Positions 7,688 to 18,237 of a stretch of DNA of 64,000 bases are shown piece after piece. Made by a program: the position numbers and the translations under genes. The notes beneath the pieces are model-generated. The model searched no databases and was not told where the DNA came from. It saw only the letters and a list, made by a program, of their open reading frames with translations. The stretch's first letter is position 1. The number at the start of each line of letters is the position of its first letter. The stretch is taken from contig JANOAV010000202.1 in assembly GCA_031411295.1 (NCBI GenBank), forward strand, positions 1 to 64,000, in the 5' to 3' direction. The stretch comes from Verrucomicrobiales bacterium (GTDB lineage: Bacteria; Verrucomicrobiota; Verrucomicrobiia; Verrucomicrobiales; V1-33).

Positions 7688-7919
7688 TTGCGATGCACGC
7701 GTCTATTTCCGCAGCAGTAAACTCAGCTGAATCCCCCGCCGCAGCATTCCGCCGAGACTGAATGCCACGCCCCCAAGCCATGCCTCGCGACGAACCTGGT
7801 GAGAAATGCGGGCTAGTAAAAACATCGGCTGACAACATCAGCGGGGCCTTCAGCCGTCGTGCTCCTGCTTGGCCTGTTCCGGCAGGTTAGCTGGAAGCAA
7901 AACCTTACCCACCCTCAAC

Positions 7920-9683
7920 CTACGGCAGGAGCGTCAGCGTCACCCGCCGCACGTCCATCACGGATTGGCCGGGGATCTCTCTGGCTTGCAACGTCAGCGT
8001 GCCCTGGCCTTGGGCCAAATTGATTTCCCCTAACTTCAGCGAGTGAAAATCCTTCATCTGACTTTCGCCATGGCGCGGGATCGTATCCTGGTTCGTGTAG
8101 AGTGGAGGATCCCAGCCGGGGGTTACTTTTCCTGTTAGCTCGGCGGCTTGGAAGCTCAGTGCGATGAGCGATCCAGCATCGGCCAGAGGGCAGGTGTAGT
8201 CGATCTCCACGGCATATTTGCCCGACGTGTGAACGTCCAACTTCCAGGTCATGCTGTCTGTTTTGGTTTTCCAATTCACGAAATACGAACAGTTAGGGGC
8301 GCTGGCGCTGCGTTTGATTTCCCCATGCGGTTCGCCATCGCGTGCGGGGAGCATGGTGATGGGGAACTCCCGATAGCCCACGGGAATGGGCCGAGGATCC
8401 ACCGCATTGCCGCCTTTGCCGGTGCCCAGTTTCATTTCCGTGCGCCAAGCTTTGACGGACTCCTTCAACTCCGCTGCCAGAGCGGGCTGGGCGTCGTTGA
8501 TGGGTTTCGTCTGGCCGGGGTCGGCCAGCATATCGAAGAGATTTCCCGCTTCATCCAACCGATGCGTTTGCGTGCGAACGCTCACGCCGCCCGCCCACGT
8601 GGTGAAAATATTGCGTGGCTGCCAATCGGTTTTTTGTTTGCGCAGCAGAGGCGATAAATCACGACCATCCAGCGGCTTGTCGCCCACGCGGGGAATGCCA
8701 GCCAGCGAAGTCAGGGTGGGCAGTAAATCAATCGCTCCACAAATCTGCGTGACCTCATGCCCCGCTGGCAACTGCCCTGGCCAGCGCAGGAAGCAGACGG
8801 ACCGCACCCCGGCTTCATCCGTGGTGCCTTTCTTGCCCTTCATGCCACCAGTCCAGCGATTCCCGTTAGGCCCGTTGTCAGAGAAATAGAGCACGATGGT
8901 ATTTTCCGCCAACTTCAGTTCCTCCAGCTTCGCTAAAATGCGGCCCACGTTGACATCCTGATTTTCCAGCATGGCCAGCGCGCAGCGTGTTTCATCGACA
9001 TTCTCCTTATCGGCCTGCGTGGCGGTTTGCGTCAGCTTCCGATCCTTCCAGCGGGCCCAATCCTGCTCCGGAGCAGCCCACGGAGAATGCGGGGTGGTAA
9101 ACGGCACATAACACAAAAACGGTTCCGCCCGATGCTGCTCGATGAACGACAACGCCTTGTCCGTGCAGACGTTCACAATGTATCCCTGCGTGCGCACCAT
9201 GCGCCCGTTCTCCTCTAGCGGAGCATCGAAATACTCCCCCCAGTGACCGCTGGTGTAGCCAAAATATTGCTCAAAGCCACGCGCCAACGGATGATACGGC
9301 CACTGGCTGCCATTGTGCCATTTGCCGAAACATCCCGTGGCATAACCCGCCGCCTTGAAGGCTTCCGGCAGCGTGTGCTCATCCAAATTCAATCGCTCCT
9401 GCCCCGTGGAAACCCCCTTCACTCCACCACGCGGATGATAGCGCCCAGTCAGCATTTCCGCCCGCGTGGGGGAACACACCGGACACACGAAGAAGCGATC
9501 CAACGACACGCCCGCGCGTGCAATGGAATCGATCTGCGGAGTGGCCACCATTTTGTTTCCGGAATGACCGTAGTCGCCCCAGCCCGCATCGTCTGCCAGC
9601 ATGATGACAATGTTCGGCTTGGCAGCGTAAAGGCCGGAGCCAAGAGCGCAGAGCAGGAGTGACAGTAATAAAAAGCATTTCAT
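7920..9683 (-). CDS. Arylsulfatase-family sulfatase with C-terminal beta domain
   Basis: Signal peptide from MKCFLLL, PNIVIMLADD, CSPTRAEMLTG, GKWH and SDNG. Confidence 0.92.
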   Translation of the reverse strand: MKCFLLLSLLLCALGSGLYAAKPNIVIMLADDAGWGDYGHSGNKMVATPQIDSIARAGVSLDRFFVCPVCSPTRAEMLTGRYHPRGGVKGVSTGQERLNLDEHTLPEAFKAAGYATGCFGKWHNGSQWPYHPLARGFEQYFGYTSGHWGEYFDAPLEENGRMVRTQGYIVNVCTDKALSFIEQHRAEPFLCYVPFTTPHSPWAAPEQDWARWKDRKLTQTATQADKENVDETRCALAMLENQDVNVGRILAKLEELKLAENTIVLYFSDNGPNGNRWTGGMKGKKGTTDEAGVRSVCFLRWPGQLPAGHEVTQICGAIDLLPTLTSLAGIPRVGDKPLDGRDLSPLLRKQKTDWQPRNIFTTWAGGVSVRTQTHRLDEAGNLFDMLADPGQTKPINDAQPALAAELKESVKAWRTEMKLGTGKGGNAVDPRPIPVGYREFPITMLPARDGEPHGEIKRSASAPNCSYFVNWKTKTDSMTWKLDVHTSGKYAVEIDYTCPLADAGSLIALSFQAAELTGKVTPGWDPPLYTNQDTIPRHGESQMKDFHSLKLGEINLAQGQGTLTLQAREIPGQSVMDVRRVTLTLLP

Positions 9684-9815
9684 AGCCAAGTTGAACGAGC
9701 AGGAGTTACCCGGCATTTTCCTGTCCGCTGCCCCCAAGGCAAGGGACCACCGCCAAACTTTCGCGTAGCTCCACCAACCAACGACTCCTGACCAACAACC
9801 AATGACTAAATACCG

Positions 9816-10202
9816 CTAATCCGTCGCCTTGCGCATTTGGCAGAGCAGTTGGTGGGACTGGAGTTGTTGGACGTAGTGCTCAGCGCGCTCCTTTTCGCCC
9901 GTCCAGACAATGCAGGAGCCCTTCTGATGGACATCCAGCATCATCAACGTGGCCTTGCTGGCCGGGTAGCCGAAAATTCGCTGGATCACCATGCTGACAT
10001 AGCTCATGAGATTTACCGGATCATTAAAGACCACAACGTGCCAGGGGGACGCCACATCGTCTTTTTGCTGGGTGTCCGGACGCACGATCGTGATCGTATC
10101 ACCATCATCGCCCAAGGCCGCCCGGAACGCCCCGAGCGCTTTGTGGAAAGGGGTCAGAGCAGCCTTAGCGGTTGCCAAAACGGGAAGGAGAGGATTTTTC
10201 AT
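9816..10202 (-). CDS. clpS: ATP-dependent Clp protease adaptor ClpS
   Basis: WHVVVFNDPVNLMSYV..IFGY..A..MMLDVHQKG..VWTG..ERAE. Confidence 0.9.
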   Translation of the reverse strand: MKNPLLPVLATAKAALTPFHKALGAFRAALGDDGDTITIVRPDTQQKDDVASPWHVVVFNDPVNLMSYVSMVIQRIFGYPASKATLMMLDVHQKGSCIVWTGEKERAEHYVQQLQSHQLLCQMRKATD

Positions 10203-10734
10203 GAGTCGAGAGGAAGCAACGTAGTTTAAGGAACAAGTCCGGAGTTTCGCCCAGAAACTGGGCTACCGTCGCATCTGATAAGCGCTGCTGACGCGCACGC
10301 CATTCCAAAAAAATTGCAGATTGGAGCGCCACCAACAGTGGAAGGAACGCCTGACGCGCAGCCACCGCACAAAAGGTGGCCAAGTAGCCGGGCATTTTCT
10401 CGTCGCGCACGGCGCGCAGGAGATTTTTGCGCAGGGGATCGTTGGTTGACGGTAGTTCCTCCGCTGCAGCATAGGCACTGAGCAATCCCTGGCCCAACGA
10501 CCGATCTGCGGCCATGATTTCCGTGGCCGCCAGCCGTTCGGCCATGGCATAAATGGCCACCACGTGCGAGGCGAGCGGCCGCCATCTCTCCTGCTGGCAC
10601 CAAGCCTGCCACGTTTCGGGCACCTCCAGTTCCGGCACCGCAGCCCAGTCCGCCCGCAAACACAAACGCACCGCCCGCTCCACCTCGCTGACGTCCGTTT
10701 CGTGGCTTATATAAATCGATTCCCTTGAAGACAT
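10165..10734 (-). CDS. Hypothetical helical protein
   Basis: 189-aa ORF overlapping the clpS start. Weak UreF-like impression only. Confidence 0.5.
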   Translation of the reverse strand: MSSRESIYISHETDVSEVERAVRLCLRADWAAVPELEVPETWQAWCQQERWRPLASHVVAIYAMAERLAATEIMAADRSLGQGLLSAYAAAEELPSTNDPLRKNLLRAVRDEKMPGYLATFCAVAARQAFLPLLVALQSAIFLEWRARQQRLSDATVAQFLGETPDLFLKLRCFLSTHEKSSPSRFGNR

Positions 10735-10834
10735 GGCCTGATTTTACACAACCCCGGAAAAATTGCCAAGCAAGATGTGAGAATTCATGTTGCAAGAATT
10801 CAAAACCCCACCAAGGTGCCGTCCCGTCAAACCA

Positions 10835-10908
10835 CGGGGCGTAGCTCAGCCTGGTAGAGCGCCTGCTTTGGGAGCAGGAAGTCGTCAGTTCGAATCTGGC
10901 CGCCCCGA
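10835..10908 (+). tRNA. tRNA-Pro(TGG)
   Basis: CGGGGCG/CGCCCCG acceptor stem, D-arm GCTCAGCCTGGTAGAGC, anticodon arm CCTGC-TTTGGGA-GCAGG and TTCGAAT T-loop. CCA is not encoded. Confidence 0.97.
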
Positions 10909-11131
10909 TCTTGATTCTTGGATGGTGCCAAATTGCTGTTCGTGATTGCGCCAGCCACCACAGCCTTAAGCCTGCGACGCAAGCCACAGATACAAAGGTG
11001 ATGGCATGGGGCGGCTCTTTTTAAATAGACGAGTGCACGCTCCCATCCGGACAAGTTGCCACAAACGAGTCACTTTTTTCTTGCGCAAGATCCAAGGAGT
11101 GTTACTTTGCGTCACAAAGCAATATTTCCCT

Positions 11132-11776
11132 ATGCCAACCGCTGATTCCGCCGCCGCTCACCTCCGCACGATTCGCTCCCTCATGGAGCGCGCCACTGTT
11201 TACCGCGCCATTTCTGGTCCCGCCGCCCTTTTTGGCGGAAGTCTGGCCCTACTGGTGGGCGGAACGTTGCTGGCGAAAGAGACCGCCTGGCAGCCGTCGA
11301 ATCTGGAGTTCGCTGGGATTTGGCTGGGCGTGTTGGCGATGGTGACGTTGGCTAATTTCTACCTGCTCTTCCGCGGAGCCAAGCAGCGGCAGGAAATCTT
11401 CGTCTCGCCCGGCATGAAGCACGCGCTGAGGGCCTTGGCCCCGGCTCTGCTGGCGGGGTTTGTGCTGAGCATGTTGTGCGCCACCACGGGCCCGCTCCAA
11501 GCGCATGGACGGGCGTTGATGGGGGCCTTGTGGGCGGTGTTTTATGGCCTTTCCCTGCTGGCTACTGGTTCCTTCTCCCCGCGCTCGATGCAGGTGCTGG
11601 GGTTGGCGTTCTTTCTGCTGGGACTTGGTCTGTGCCAACCAGCACTGGCGGCAGCCCCCAGCGACGACTACTGTTTGGCGCTGCGAACCATGATCGGTTG
11701 CTTTGGGGTCCTGCATCTGCTCTATGGACTATGGGTGATCCTTTCCGGCATTCGTGTCCCCCGCCCCGCAGCTTAA
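11132..11776 (+). CDS. Hypothetical integral membrane protein
   Basis: About 6 hydrophobic segments, AHLRTIRSLMERAT N-terminus and FGVLHLLYG C-terminus. Directly precedes the wHTH regulator. Confidence 0.75.
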   Translation: MPTADSAAAHLRTIRSLMERATVYRAISGPAALFGGSLALLVGGTLLAKETAWQPSNLEFAGIWLGVLAMVTLANFYLLFRGAKQRQEIFVSPGMKHALRALAPALLAGFVLSMLCATTGPLQAHGRALMGALWAVFYGLSLLATGSFSPRSMQVLGLAFFLLGLGLCQPALAAAPSDDYCLALRTMIGCFGVLHLLYGLWVILSGIRVPRPAA

Positions 11777-11796
11777 ATTTTCCCTCTTCCAACGCA

Positions 11797-12093
11797 GTGA
11801 TCGATTTCAATCAGCTCGACAAGACCATTCATGAGAAGGGCCGCCTGGCCATCATGACCTTGCTGGCTGCCCGCGTGGAATGGTCGTTCCAAGACATGAA
11901 GGCGCAGCTGCAGATGAGTGATGGGAACCTGATCACCCACCTTCGCACGCTCTACAAAGCGGGCTTCCTGAGCCAAACCAAGGAGATCGATGGCCGCCCG
12001 CAAACGCGTTACAGCCTGACTAAAGCCGGGCGCGAGGCGTATGAAAAGTATCTCGAAATCTTGGAGGCTATTGTCAACCTGTCCCGACCATAG
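11797..12093 (+). CDS. Winged-helix transcriptional regulator (MarR/ArsR-like)
   Basis: GTG start; LDKTIHEKGRLAIMTLL..SDGNLITHLRTL..GRPQTRYSLT..GR. Confidence 0.88.
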   Translation: MIDFNQLDKTIHEKGRLAIMTLLAARVEWSFQDMKAQLQMSDGNLITHLRTLYKAGFLSQTKEIDGRPQTRYSLTKAGREAYEKYLEILEAIVNLSRP

Positions 12094-12154
12094 CCCCCTT
12101 TTTAAACATTAGCTTTGTGCAGCAAAGCTAAACTAACCATAAACCCAACGCACC

Positions 12155-13006
12155 ATGAAAATTACGCTCGCCACTCACTATGGAATGTGTTTCGGAGTCA
12201 GAGACGCCCTCCGCACCACGCGCCAACTTGCTGATGCCCAACCGGTTACGATTCTGGGGGAACTAGTGCATAATCCTTTGGTGCAGGCTGATCTGGCCGC
12301 CCGGGGAGTGCACTCGGCTGATCTCCACCATCCGGGACAAGCGTCCACGGAAACGGTGGTGATTACGGCGCATGGAGCGGCGGATAAGGATCGCGCAGCC
12401 TGGGTCTCCGCTGGATTTGCCGTGACCGACACCACCTGCCCGCTCGTGCGCAAAGCCCACACCGCCTTGGCGCAGTTGGTGGCGGCAGGTTTTCATCCGG
12501 TGATTATTGGTCAGGCCACGCATGTGGAAGTTCGGGGGTTGGCAGGAGATTTCCCGCAGGCGGACATCTTGTTAGAGGAAACGGAGATTTCCGCACTGGG
12601 CCAGCATGAAAAGATCGGTGTGGTCTCCCAAACCACCCAACCGATCGTCAAAGTGCAGCGTCTCATCCAATGCCTGCGTGAGCGTTTCCCAAACTCGGAA
12701 GTGGTCTTCCGTGACACGGTTTGCCAACCGACAAAGGATCGGCAAACCGCACTGGAGCAGTTATGTCAGCAAAATGAAGTTGTGGTCGTGGTCGGGGGTC
12801 GGCACAGCAATAATACCCGGCAACTCGTGTTAGCAGCGCAAGCCTTGGGGGTGAGGGCATTTCAGGTGGAGCGGGCCGAGGATTTGCGTCCCGATTGGTT
12901 CCATGGGGTGCATCGCGTGGGACTCACGGCCGGGACCTCCACCCTGGAGGAAACGGTGGCAGCGGTGCAGGTGCGCTTGGAGCATCTGGGAACCATGGCC
13001 GCCTGA
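12155..13006 (+). CDS. ispH: 4-hydroxy-3-methylbut-2-enyl diphosphate reductase
   Basis: GMCFGV, LVHN, AHG, DTTCPLV, H.EV.G, QTT, TVCQPT.DRQ, SNNT and GLTAGTST motifs. Confidence 0.95.
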   Translation: MKITLATHYGMCFGVRDALRTTRQLADAQPVTILGELVHNPLVQADLAARGVHSADLHHPGQASTETVVITAHGAADKDRAAWVSAGFAVTDTTCPLVRKAHTALAQLVAAGFHPVIIGQATHVEVRGLAGDFPQADILLEETEISALGQHEKIGVVSQTTQPIVKVQRLIQCLRERFPNSEVVFRDTVCQPTKDRQTALEQLCQQNEVVVVVGGRHSNNTRQLVLAAQALGVRAFQVERAEDLRPDWFHGVHRVGLTAGTSTLEETVAAVQVRLEHLGTMAA

Positions 13007-13137
13007 AGAAAATTTACGGACTACGAAAGCGAATCCTACTCGAACGCGTTACATAGAATCATTGGCCCTGACCGTCTGAACTTCTAAATAGTTACCATTA
13101 CAAACCGCTGTCCTAAGATACGTATCCTTCTCTCACC

Positions 13138-14088
13138 ATGAATAATCGCATAATGACTCTCATCGGCGGAATTGCCGCTGGTGGCACCTTGGTCTACTTT
13201 TTGACAAAGCCTGCCGCCGCGCCAGAAGCAGCCGCAAATTCAGCACCTACCGCTGTCGCCAGCAGCAGTGCCGCTGCTCCGGGAGAGCAGAAAGCCAAGC
13301 CCGCAGAGGGGCCGGTGGCGAAACCAACGGCGGCACCTACCAGTGCGTGGGCCAAGCTTTCGGCAAAGTTCGGGGAAGAAAAGACCAAGTTGTCTAAGAA
13401 GATATCTTCGGATCTGGGGGATGTGATTGATGAAGGAATGGAATTGGCGAACGCCATGGCCAAAAATACCGGTGCCGCAACTCCAGCTGAAGCTGCGAGC
13501 AAGGAGGCGCTGAAAAACCTCAGCCCGCAACTCGGCTTGGATGAGACCCAGCAGCAAAAGGCTGGTGCATTGATTCAAGGAGCCGTGAAAGAGCGGATGG
13601 ATGCGGTAACTCAATTGGCCTCCGCCATGCGGGCCGAACCCGAGCAGATGATGGAAATGTTCCTCGCTGGCGACGCCTTGTCCCGCGGGGAGATAACCCA
13701 GGGAGAATATGACCAGATGACCCAACCAACGCGAACCATGTTGGAGAATATTGGTGGATTCGTGATGGGGCGCCCTGGGTCAGGACCTGGTAACCAACTG
13801 CTGGGGGATGAAGCATTTACCAAGGAGTTAAACGGTATCCTAACGCCTGACCAGCAAGTGAAGCTCACGGAAATTTCCACTCAGTGGACGGAACAAGCGC
13901 AAACCCGCCGTGGTGGAACCCGCGGTGGGATCCCCTTCCAGAACGGTCAAATTCCGGTGATGGACCTCGAAAAACTTGATCAGTCGGTTACTTCCGTCAA
14001 GAAAATGGCCGGGGCCGCCCGCATCATGATTGATGCCATGCAGGGGTTGAAACAGGCAAATCCAGACGCCACGAAAACAACTCCGTAG
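13138..14088 (+). CDS. Hypothetical exported helical protein
   Basis: N-terminal hydrophobic anchor, Ala/Pro linker, LGLDETQ and ILTPDQQ (LTxxQ-like) motifs. Confidence 0.7.
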   Translation: MNNRIMTLIGGIAAGGTLVYFLTKPAAAPEAAANSAPTAVASSSAAAPGEQKAKPAEGPVAKPTAAPTSAWAKLSAKFGEEKTKLSKKISSDLGDVIDEGMELANAMAKNTGAATPAEAASKEALKNLSPQLGLDETQQQKAGALIQGAVKERMDAVTQLASAMRAEPEQMMEMFLAGDALSRGEITQGEYDQMTQPTRTMLENIGGFVMGRPGSGPGNQLLGDEAFTKELNGILTPDQQVKLTEISTQWTEQAQTRRGGTRGGIPFQNGQIPVMDLEKLDQSVTSVKKMAGAARIMIDAMQGLKQANPDATKTTP

Positions 14089-14171
14089 CATTCTGCTGGG
14101 GTTAGGCTACCGAATCGAGGAGAAACAATGGCACCATTTTCTCTTGGCCAGAGCGCTGAGATTTCTCTAGG

Positions 14172-15716
14172 ATGCCGGCCATGACGTCGAAATATTTCTT
14201 ACTCCTTCCCTTGCTCGCCATGCTGGCACCGGGTGCTGAGCCCACGGTGAGTTTGGACTTGGGAAATCGCGTAACCTTAGATCTGGTGCTGGTGCAGCCA
14301 GGGAGTTTCCAGCAGGGATCGCCCGTGGAGGAAGTGGCTCGGGGGAGCGATGAGACGCTGCGGTCCGTGAAGTTGACCCAGCCCTTTTATCTGGGGAAAA
14401 CAGAGGTGACGCGTGGTCAGTTCGCACAATTTGTGAAAGAAACAAACTTCCGCACGGAGGCAGAGGATGGCAAATCCGGCGGATTCGGTTGGGATGGCGC
14501 AGCGCTGGTGCAACGGGCTGACTTTAATTGGCGAAATCTGGGCTTCCCGCAGACCCAGGCGGATCCCGTCGGCTGCGTTATGTGGTTGGATGCCCATGCG
14601 TTTTGTCGTTGGCTGAGCGAACGCACGGGGCGTGATTTCTCGCTGCCGTGGGAGGCGCAATGGGAATACGCAGCCCGCGCTGGAAGCCAAGGGGCAAGGC
14701 CAGATGGTGAGCCTAACAACACTGTCTGGACCAACGCCAACGCTCTCGGAAGGACCCATCCGGCCGGGCAAAAACCAGAGAATGCCTGGGGCTTCGAGGA
14801 TATGCTAGGGAATCAATGGGAGTGGTGCGAGGATTGGTATGCGCCTTACCCGGATGGTCCGGCAACGGATCCGCTGCAGGTGAATCAAAATTTAAGCGAC
14901 AAACCTCGGCGCGTGCTCCGCGGTGGCTCTTGGGTGAAGGAACCGAAGCTGGCGCGATATGCCGCCCGCTTCCGCAACGATCCTCGCTCCCGCAATGCGG
15001 ACAACGGATTCCGCGTCATGACTCTGAATCTTCAAGGCCAGCAAAGCTTAACGTCCCCGCAGCTCCTGCCAACTCCCATTCCAGTTAAAACGATTCCCAA
15101 AGCCATCCCACTAGCCACACCGCCTCCGGCCCCCAGTCCCCCTCCTTCGAATCACCTTCCACCCGTCCCACAGAGTAGCAGTGGTGTCGGCGGTTGGTTA
15201 TGGGCGTTGTTAGTAATACCATTGCTGGCCATTGTAGCCGTGGTTAAACGACTCTTGGGTCGCCCAGGATCACCTCCGGTGCCGCAGGTAGCGCGCGACA
15301 ATTTCACCACCACCCCCACGTCCGATGGTTTCTGGCTGGAAGCGGACACGAGTCCGGGAAGTCGCATCCGCTGGACCTGCTTGGCAGCTGGGCAGGCCAT
15401 GCAAGGCGTCGTGGAATACGAGCCTGGTCCGAGCGGACAGTTTATTTTCACGGGCGCTCCGCCGCAAAATATCGACATTGTGATCATTGGCACGGTGGCC
15501 GCACTGGGGGCCTATACTTCCAGTTCACCGCATCTCTCCATTCATTCAGGCTATTCGTCAGCCCTCCCAAGCTACCATCCCATGCCGATGAACGATGAAC
15601 CGCCCGCGCCACCGCTGCCGGAGATCGTAATCGATCCCATGCCGGAGCCTCCGGCCAATGATTCGACAGCTGCAGAACCCCTGTTCCCCAGCCGTTCGGA
15701 GCCTTCTGCTTATTGA
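14172..15716 (+). CDS. FGE-sulfatase (SUMF1/EgtB/PvdO-like) domain protein with TM helix and Pro-rich tail
   Basis: GKTEVT..QF, LP.EAQWEYAARAG, PENAWGFEDMLGNQWEWC, RVLRGGSW and NGFRV. Confidence 0.88.
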   Translation: MPAMTSKYFLLLPLLAMLAPGAEPTVSLDLGNRVTLDLVLVQPGSFQQGSPVEEVARGSDETLRSVKLTQPFYLGKTEVTRGQFAQFVKETNFRTEAEDGKSGGFGWDGAALVQRADFNWRNLGFPQTQADPVGCVMWLDAHAFCRWLSERTGRDFSLPWEAQWEYAARAGSQGARPDGEPNNTVWTNANALGRTHPAGQKPENAWGFEDMLGNQWEWCEDWYAPYPDGPATDPLQVNQNLSDKPRRVLRGGSWVKEPKLARYAARFRNDPRSRNADNGFRVMTLNLQGQQSLTSPQLLPTPIPVKTIPKAIPLATPPPAPSPPPSNHLPPVPQSSSGVGGWLWALLVIPLLAIVAVVKRLLGRPGSPPVPQVARDNFTTTPTSDGFWLEADTSPGSRIRWTCLAAGQAMQGVVEYEPGPSGQFIFTGAPPQNIDIVIIGTVAALGAYTSSSPHLSIHSGYSSALPSYHPMPMNDEPPAPPLPEIVIDPMPEPPANDSTAAEPLFPSRSEPSAY

Positions 15717-15723
15717 TCTGACT

Positions 15724-18237
15724 ATGATCGAAGTCGTGGCTCATGACGCGGTGGCTGGGCGTTTACGCCTGCGCACCCTGCGTAGTTTGCGCGTGGCTGG
15801 CTTGGCGGACGCGCCTGGCCGCACCATCTCCACGGCAGGGGCATGGCTGGTTAGGCCAATTCCGATCTCCTTGCCGCCCGGAGATGCTTACGTCGCCCTG
15901 GGCCTGCAACCTGGCCCCCAACGCACGCAATTATTGCGTCGTTGTGGCGGAGACATTTCAACTCTGCGATTCTGGCAACGTGGCGTTGCGCCTCTCCCGC
16001 CCGTGATTTACCTAGCCCCCCAGGCGGCGGCAGACTATGCGAAGCTGGAGCATAAGCACGGTCCCAGCGCTGCGCTGCTCCAGCGGTTTCTGCGTCATCG
16101 AAACCGGCGTGTGGTCCATTTACCAGCGCTGGATGCGTGGGTGGATCGACGTTTGCGCACGGTGCAAGTGGTGACCACCATTCAGATTGGCGGGGCCGAG
16201 CGCATTACGCTGGATCTGGCGGCAGAACTGAATCGACTGAATACGCCCACGCTCGTCGTCGCGCTGGGAAAGCCTACGCGACAGGCTTTTCCGGCTCCGG
16301 AAAATTTCAGTGACCTCAGCCAACAGCGCGACCGCATGGGCGCACTGATGCAAGTAGCGCGTCAGTTTGGAGCGGATGTCATTCACGCGCATTTGCTGGA
16401 TGCGGCGGACGTGCAACGCCTGACCGCAGCGGGATTCCAAGTTGTCGTCACCCTGCACAATACCCCCAACGCCTGGCCCCGTGGCATGCAGGCATTGGGA
16501 ACTCAAGACGCGGCCCTGCTGTTGGGCTGCGCGCAAGCCGTCACGCGTGAAATCACGTTACCGATCCCCAAGCGAACTCTCTGGAATGGAATTCAGCCAA
16601 CCCTCGAACCAGCGAAACTCAATTGGAGAACAACGTTAGGGATTCCGCCATCCGCCATCGTGCTGTTGGCGTTGGCGAATGTGCGTTTTCAAAAACGGCT
16701 CGATCGGCTGCCGGAAATTCTCCTCGCCACCCAGGCGTTGTTGGACACGGAAGTCCACCTCTTGCTCGCAGGACAAGGAACCGAGCAACTGCCGCTACCG
16801 CCGCGAGCCCATGCGTTGGGTCTCCAGTCGGACATCGCTTCGGTGCTGGCAGCAAGCGACGTGCTGATAGCTGCCAGCGACCACGAGGGCCTCAGTCTGG
16901 CGCAACTTGAAGCCCTGGCCGCTGGTAAGGCGGTGGTGGCCACGGAGGTGGGTGGCACCAAGGAAGTCCCCGGAATCACGTTGGTTCCAGTCGATGCCTC
17001 GGCGGCACAATTTGCCGCAGCCATCAAATCAGCCCTCGCCAATGACCGCCCCTTATTCCCCAAGTCCTTCACCCGACACGCCATGGCGCGACGCGCTCAA
17101 TGGCTGTATCCTCGGGTGCTGGCGCGCTCCCATCCACCATCAGGTTTACTGCTCGTGTGTAACAATTTCAGCGTCGGCGGAGCCCAGAGCAGCGCCCGAC
17201 GTTTACTGACCCAACTGGCTGCCCGCAGCATCAAAGTCCGCGCAGCCGTGGTTGAGGAAGAACCGCGCAGACCAACTGCCGGACGGGCGGCCCTGCTCAA
17301 GGCGGGCATTCCCGTCATGGCCACCCCACCTCCCAGTCGCATGGATGCCGCCGCTGCCTGCGGGCTATTGCTGGAAGACATTGACCGACAACCACCGGCC
17401 GTGGTCGTCTTCTGGAACTTGATTTCCAGCTACAAAATCCTCCTGGCTGATGCGCTCCTCCACACTCCCGTATTCGACGTCAGCCCCGGAGAAATGCTCT
17501 ATGCCTCGCTCGACCGCTATTTTACCCAACCTCGCACGGGCCTGCCCTACCTTAACGCACGCGACTATGGCACGCTCTTAACTGGAGTGATTGTAAAGTA
17601 TGCTAACGAGGCCACTCAAGCACGCCATGCGTTCGACTGTCCGGTGCACATCATTCCCAACGGAGTGATCATCCCGGCGGCAATCCCCCACCCCAGCCGT
17701 CGAGGCCCAATCAGATTCAGCACCAGCGCGAGACTGAACCCGGACAAGAAATTAGAAGAACTGATCGAAGCCTTCCGACTGGCACGGCCCCGCCTGCCCG
17801 CCTGCGAACTCCACATTGCCGGTGGACCAGACGGCGGCAACAAGGCCTATGCCAAGCAACTCAAACACCTCGCGCGGGGCTTGCCCATCAAATGGCATGG
17901 AGTGGTGCGGAACATCCCTCGGTTCCTCCAGCAGTGCGACATTTTCCTCATGATCTCCGAACCTGCGGGCTGCCCCAATGCCAGCTTGGAAGCCATGGCC
18001 AGCGGTCTGCCCATCATTGCGACAGATCATGGCGGAGCTTCCGACCAAGTCATTGATGGCGAAAATGGATTCCTCACACCACGCCACGATGCGCCAGCAT
18101 TGGCTGAGAAAATGTGCGTCCTCGCCCACGATCCTGCCCTGCGAATGCGCATGGGCCAAATGAGCCGCAAGTTCGCCTCGGAGCGCTTCTCGATGGATCA
18201 CATGGTGACCAGATATCTCAGTGTGCTGGGGCTCTAG
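15724..18237 (+). CDS. Glycosyltransferase with two GT4 (GT-B) modules
   Basis: Two GGA(E/Q) starts and two E-x7-E motifs (EGLSLAQLEA, AGCPNASLEA; first Glu replaced in the second). Start chosen just after the upstream stop. Confidence 0.88.
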   Translation: MIEVVAHDAVAGRLRLRTLRSLRVAGLADAPGRTISTAGAWLVRPIPISLPPGDAYVALGLQPGPQRTQLLRRCGGDISTLRFWQRGVAPLPPVIYLAPQAAADYAKLEHKHGPSAALLQRFLRHRNRRVVHLPALDAWVDRRLRTVQVVTTIQIGGAERITLDLAAELNRLNTPTLVVALGKPTRQAFPAPENFSDLSQQRDRMGALMQVARQFGADVIHAHLLDAADVQRLTAAGFQVVVTLHNTPNAWPRGMQALGTQDAALLLGCAQAVTREITLPIPKRTLWNGIQPTLEPAKLNWRTTLGIPPSAIVLLALANVRFQKRLDRLPEILLATQALLDTEVHLLLAGQGTEQLPLPPRAHALGLQSDIASVLAASDVLIAASDHEGLSLAQLEALAAGKAVVATEVGGTKEVPGITLVPVDASAAQFAAAIKSALANDRPLFPKSFTRHAMARRAQWLYPRVLARSHPPSGLLLVCNNFSVGGAQSSARRLLTQLAARSIKVRAAVVEEEPRRPTAGRAALLKAGIPVMATPPPSRMDAAAACGLLLEDIDRQPPAVVVFWNLISSYKILLADALLHTPVFDVSPGEMLYASLDRYFTQPRTGLPYLNARDYGTLLTGVIVKYANEATQARHAFDCPVHIIPNGVIIPAAIPHPSRRGPIRFSTSARLNPDKKLEELIEAFRLARPRLPACELHIAGGPDGGNKAYAKQLKHLARGLPIKWHGVVRNIPRFLQQCDIFLMISEPAGCPNASLEAMASGLPIIATDHGGASDQVIDGENGFLTPRHDAPALAEKMCVLAHDPALRMRMGQMSRKFASERFSMDHMVTRYLSVLGL

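Noticed and set aside
7799..7816. GTGAGAAATGCGGGCTAG, reminiscent of an IS terminus
   Set aside because: No partner inverted repeat or transposase nearby, so it cannot be supported.
10226..10987. 253-aa minus-strand ORF
   Set aside because: Runs antisense across tRNA-Pro and overlaps a better ORF.
11051..11062. ACAAGTTGCCAC resembling the inverted end motif
   Set aside because: Partial match in an ordinary promoter region with no truncation or compositional break. Likely chance.
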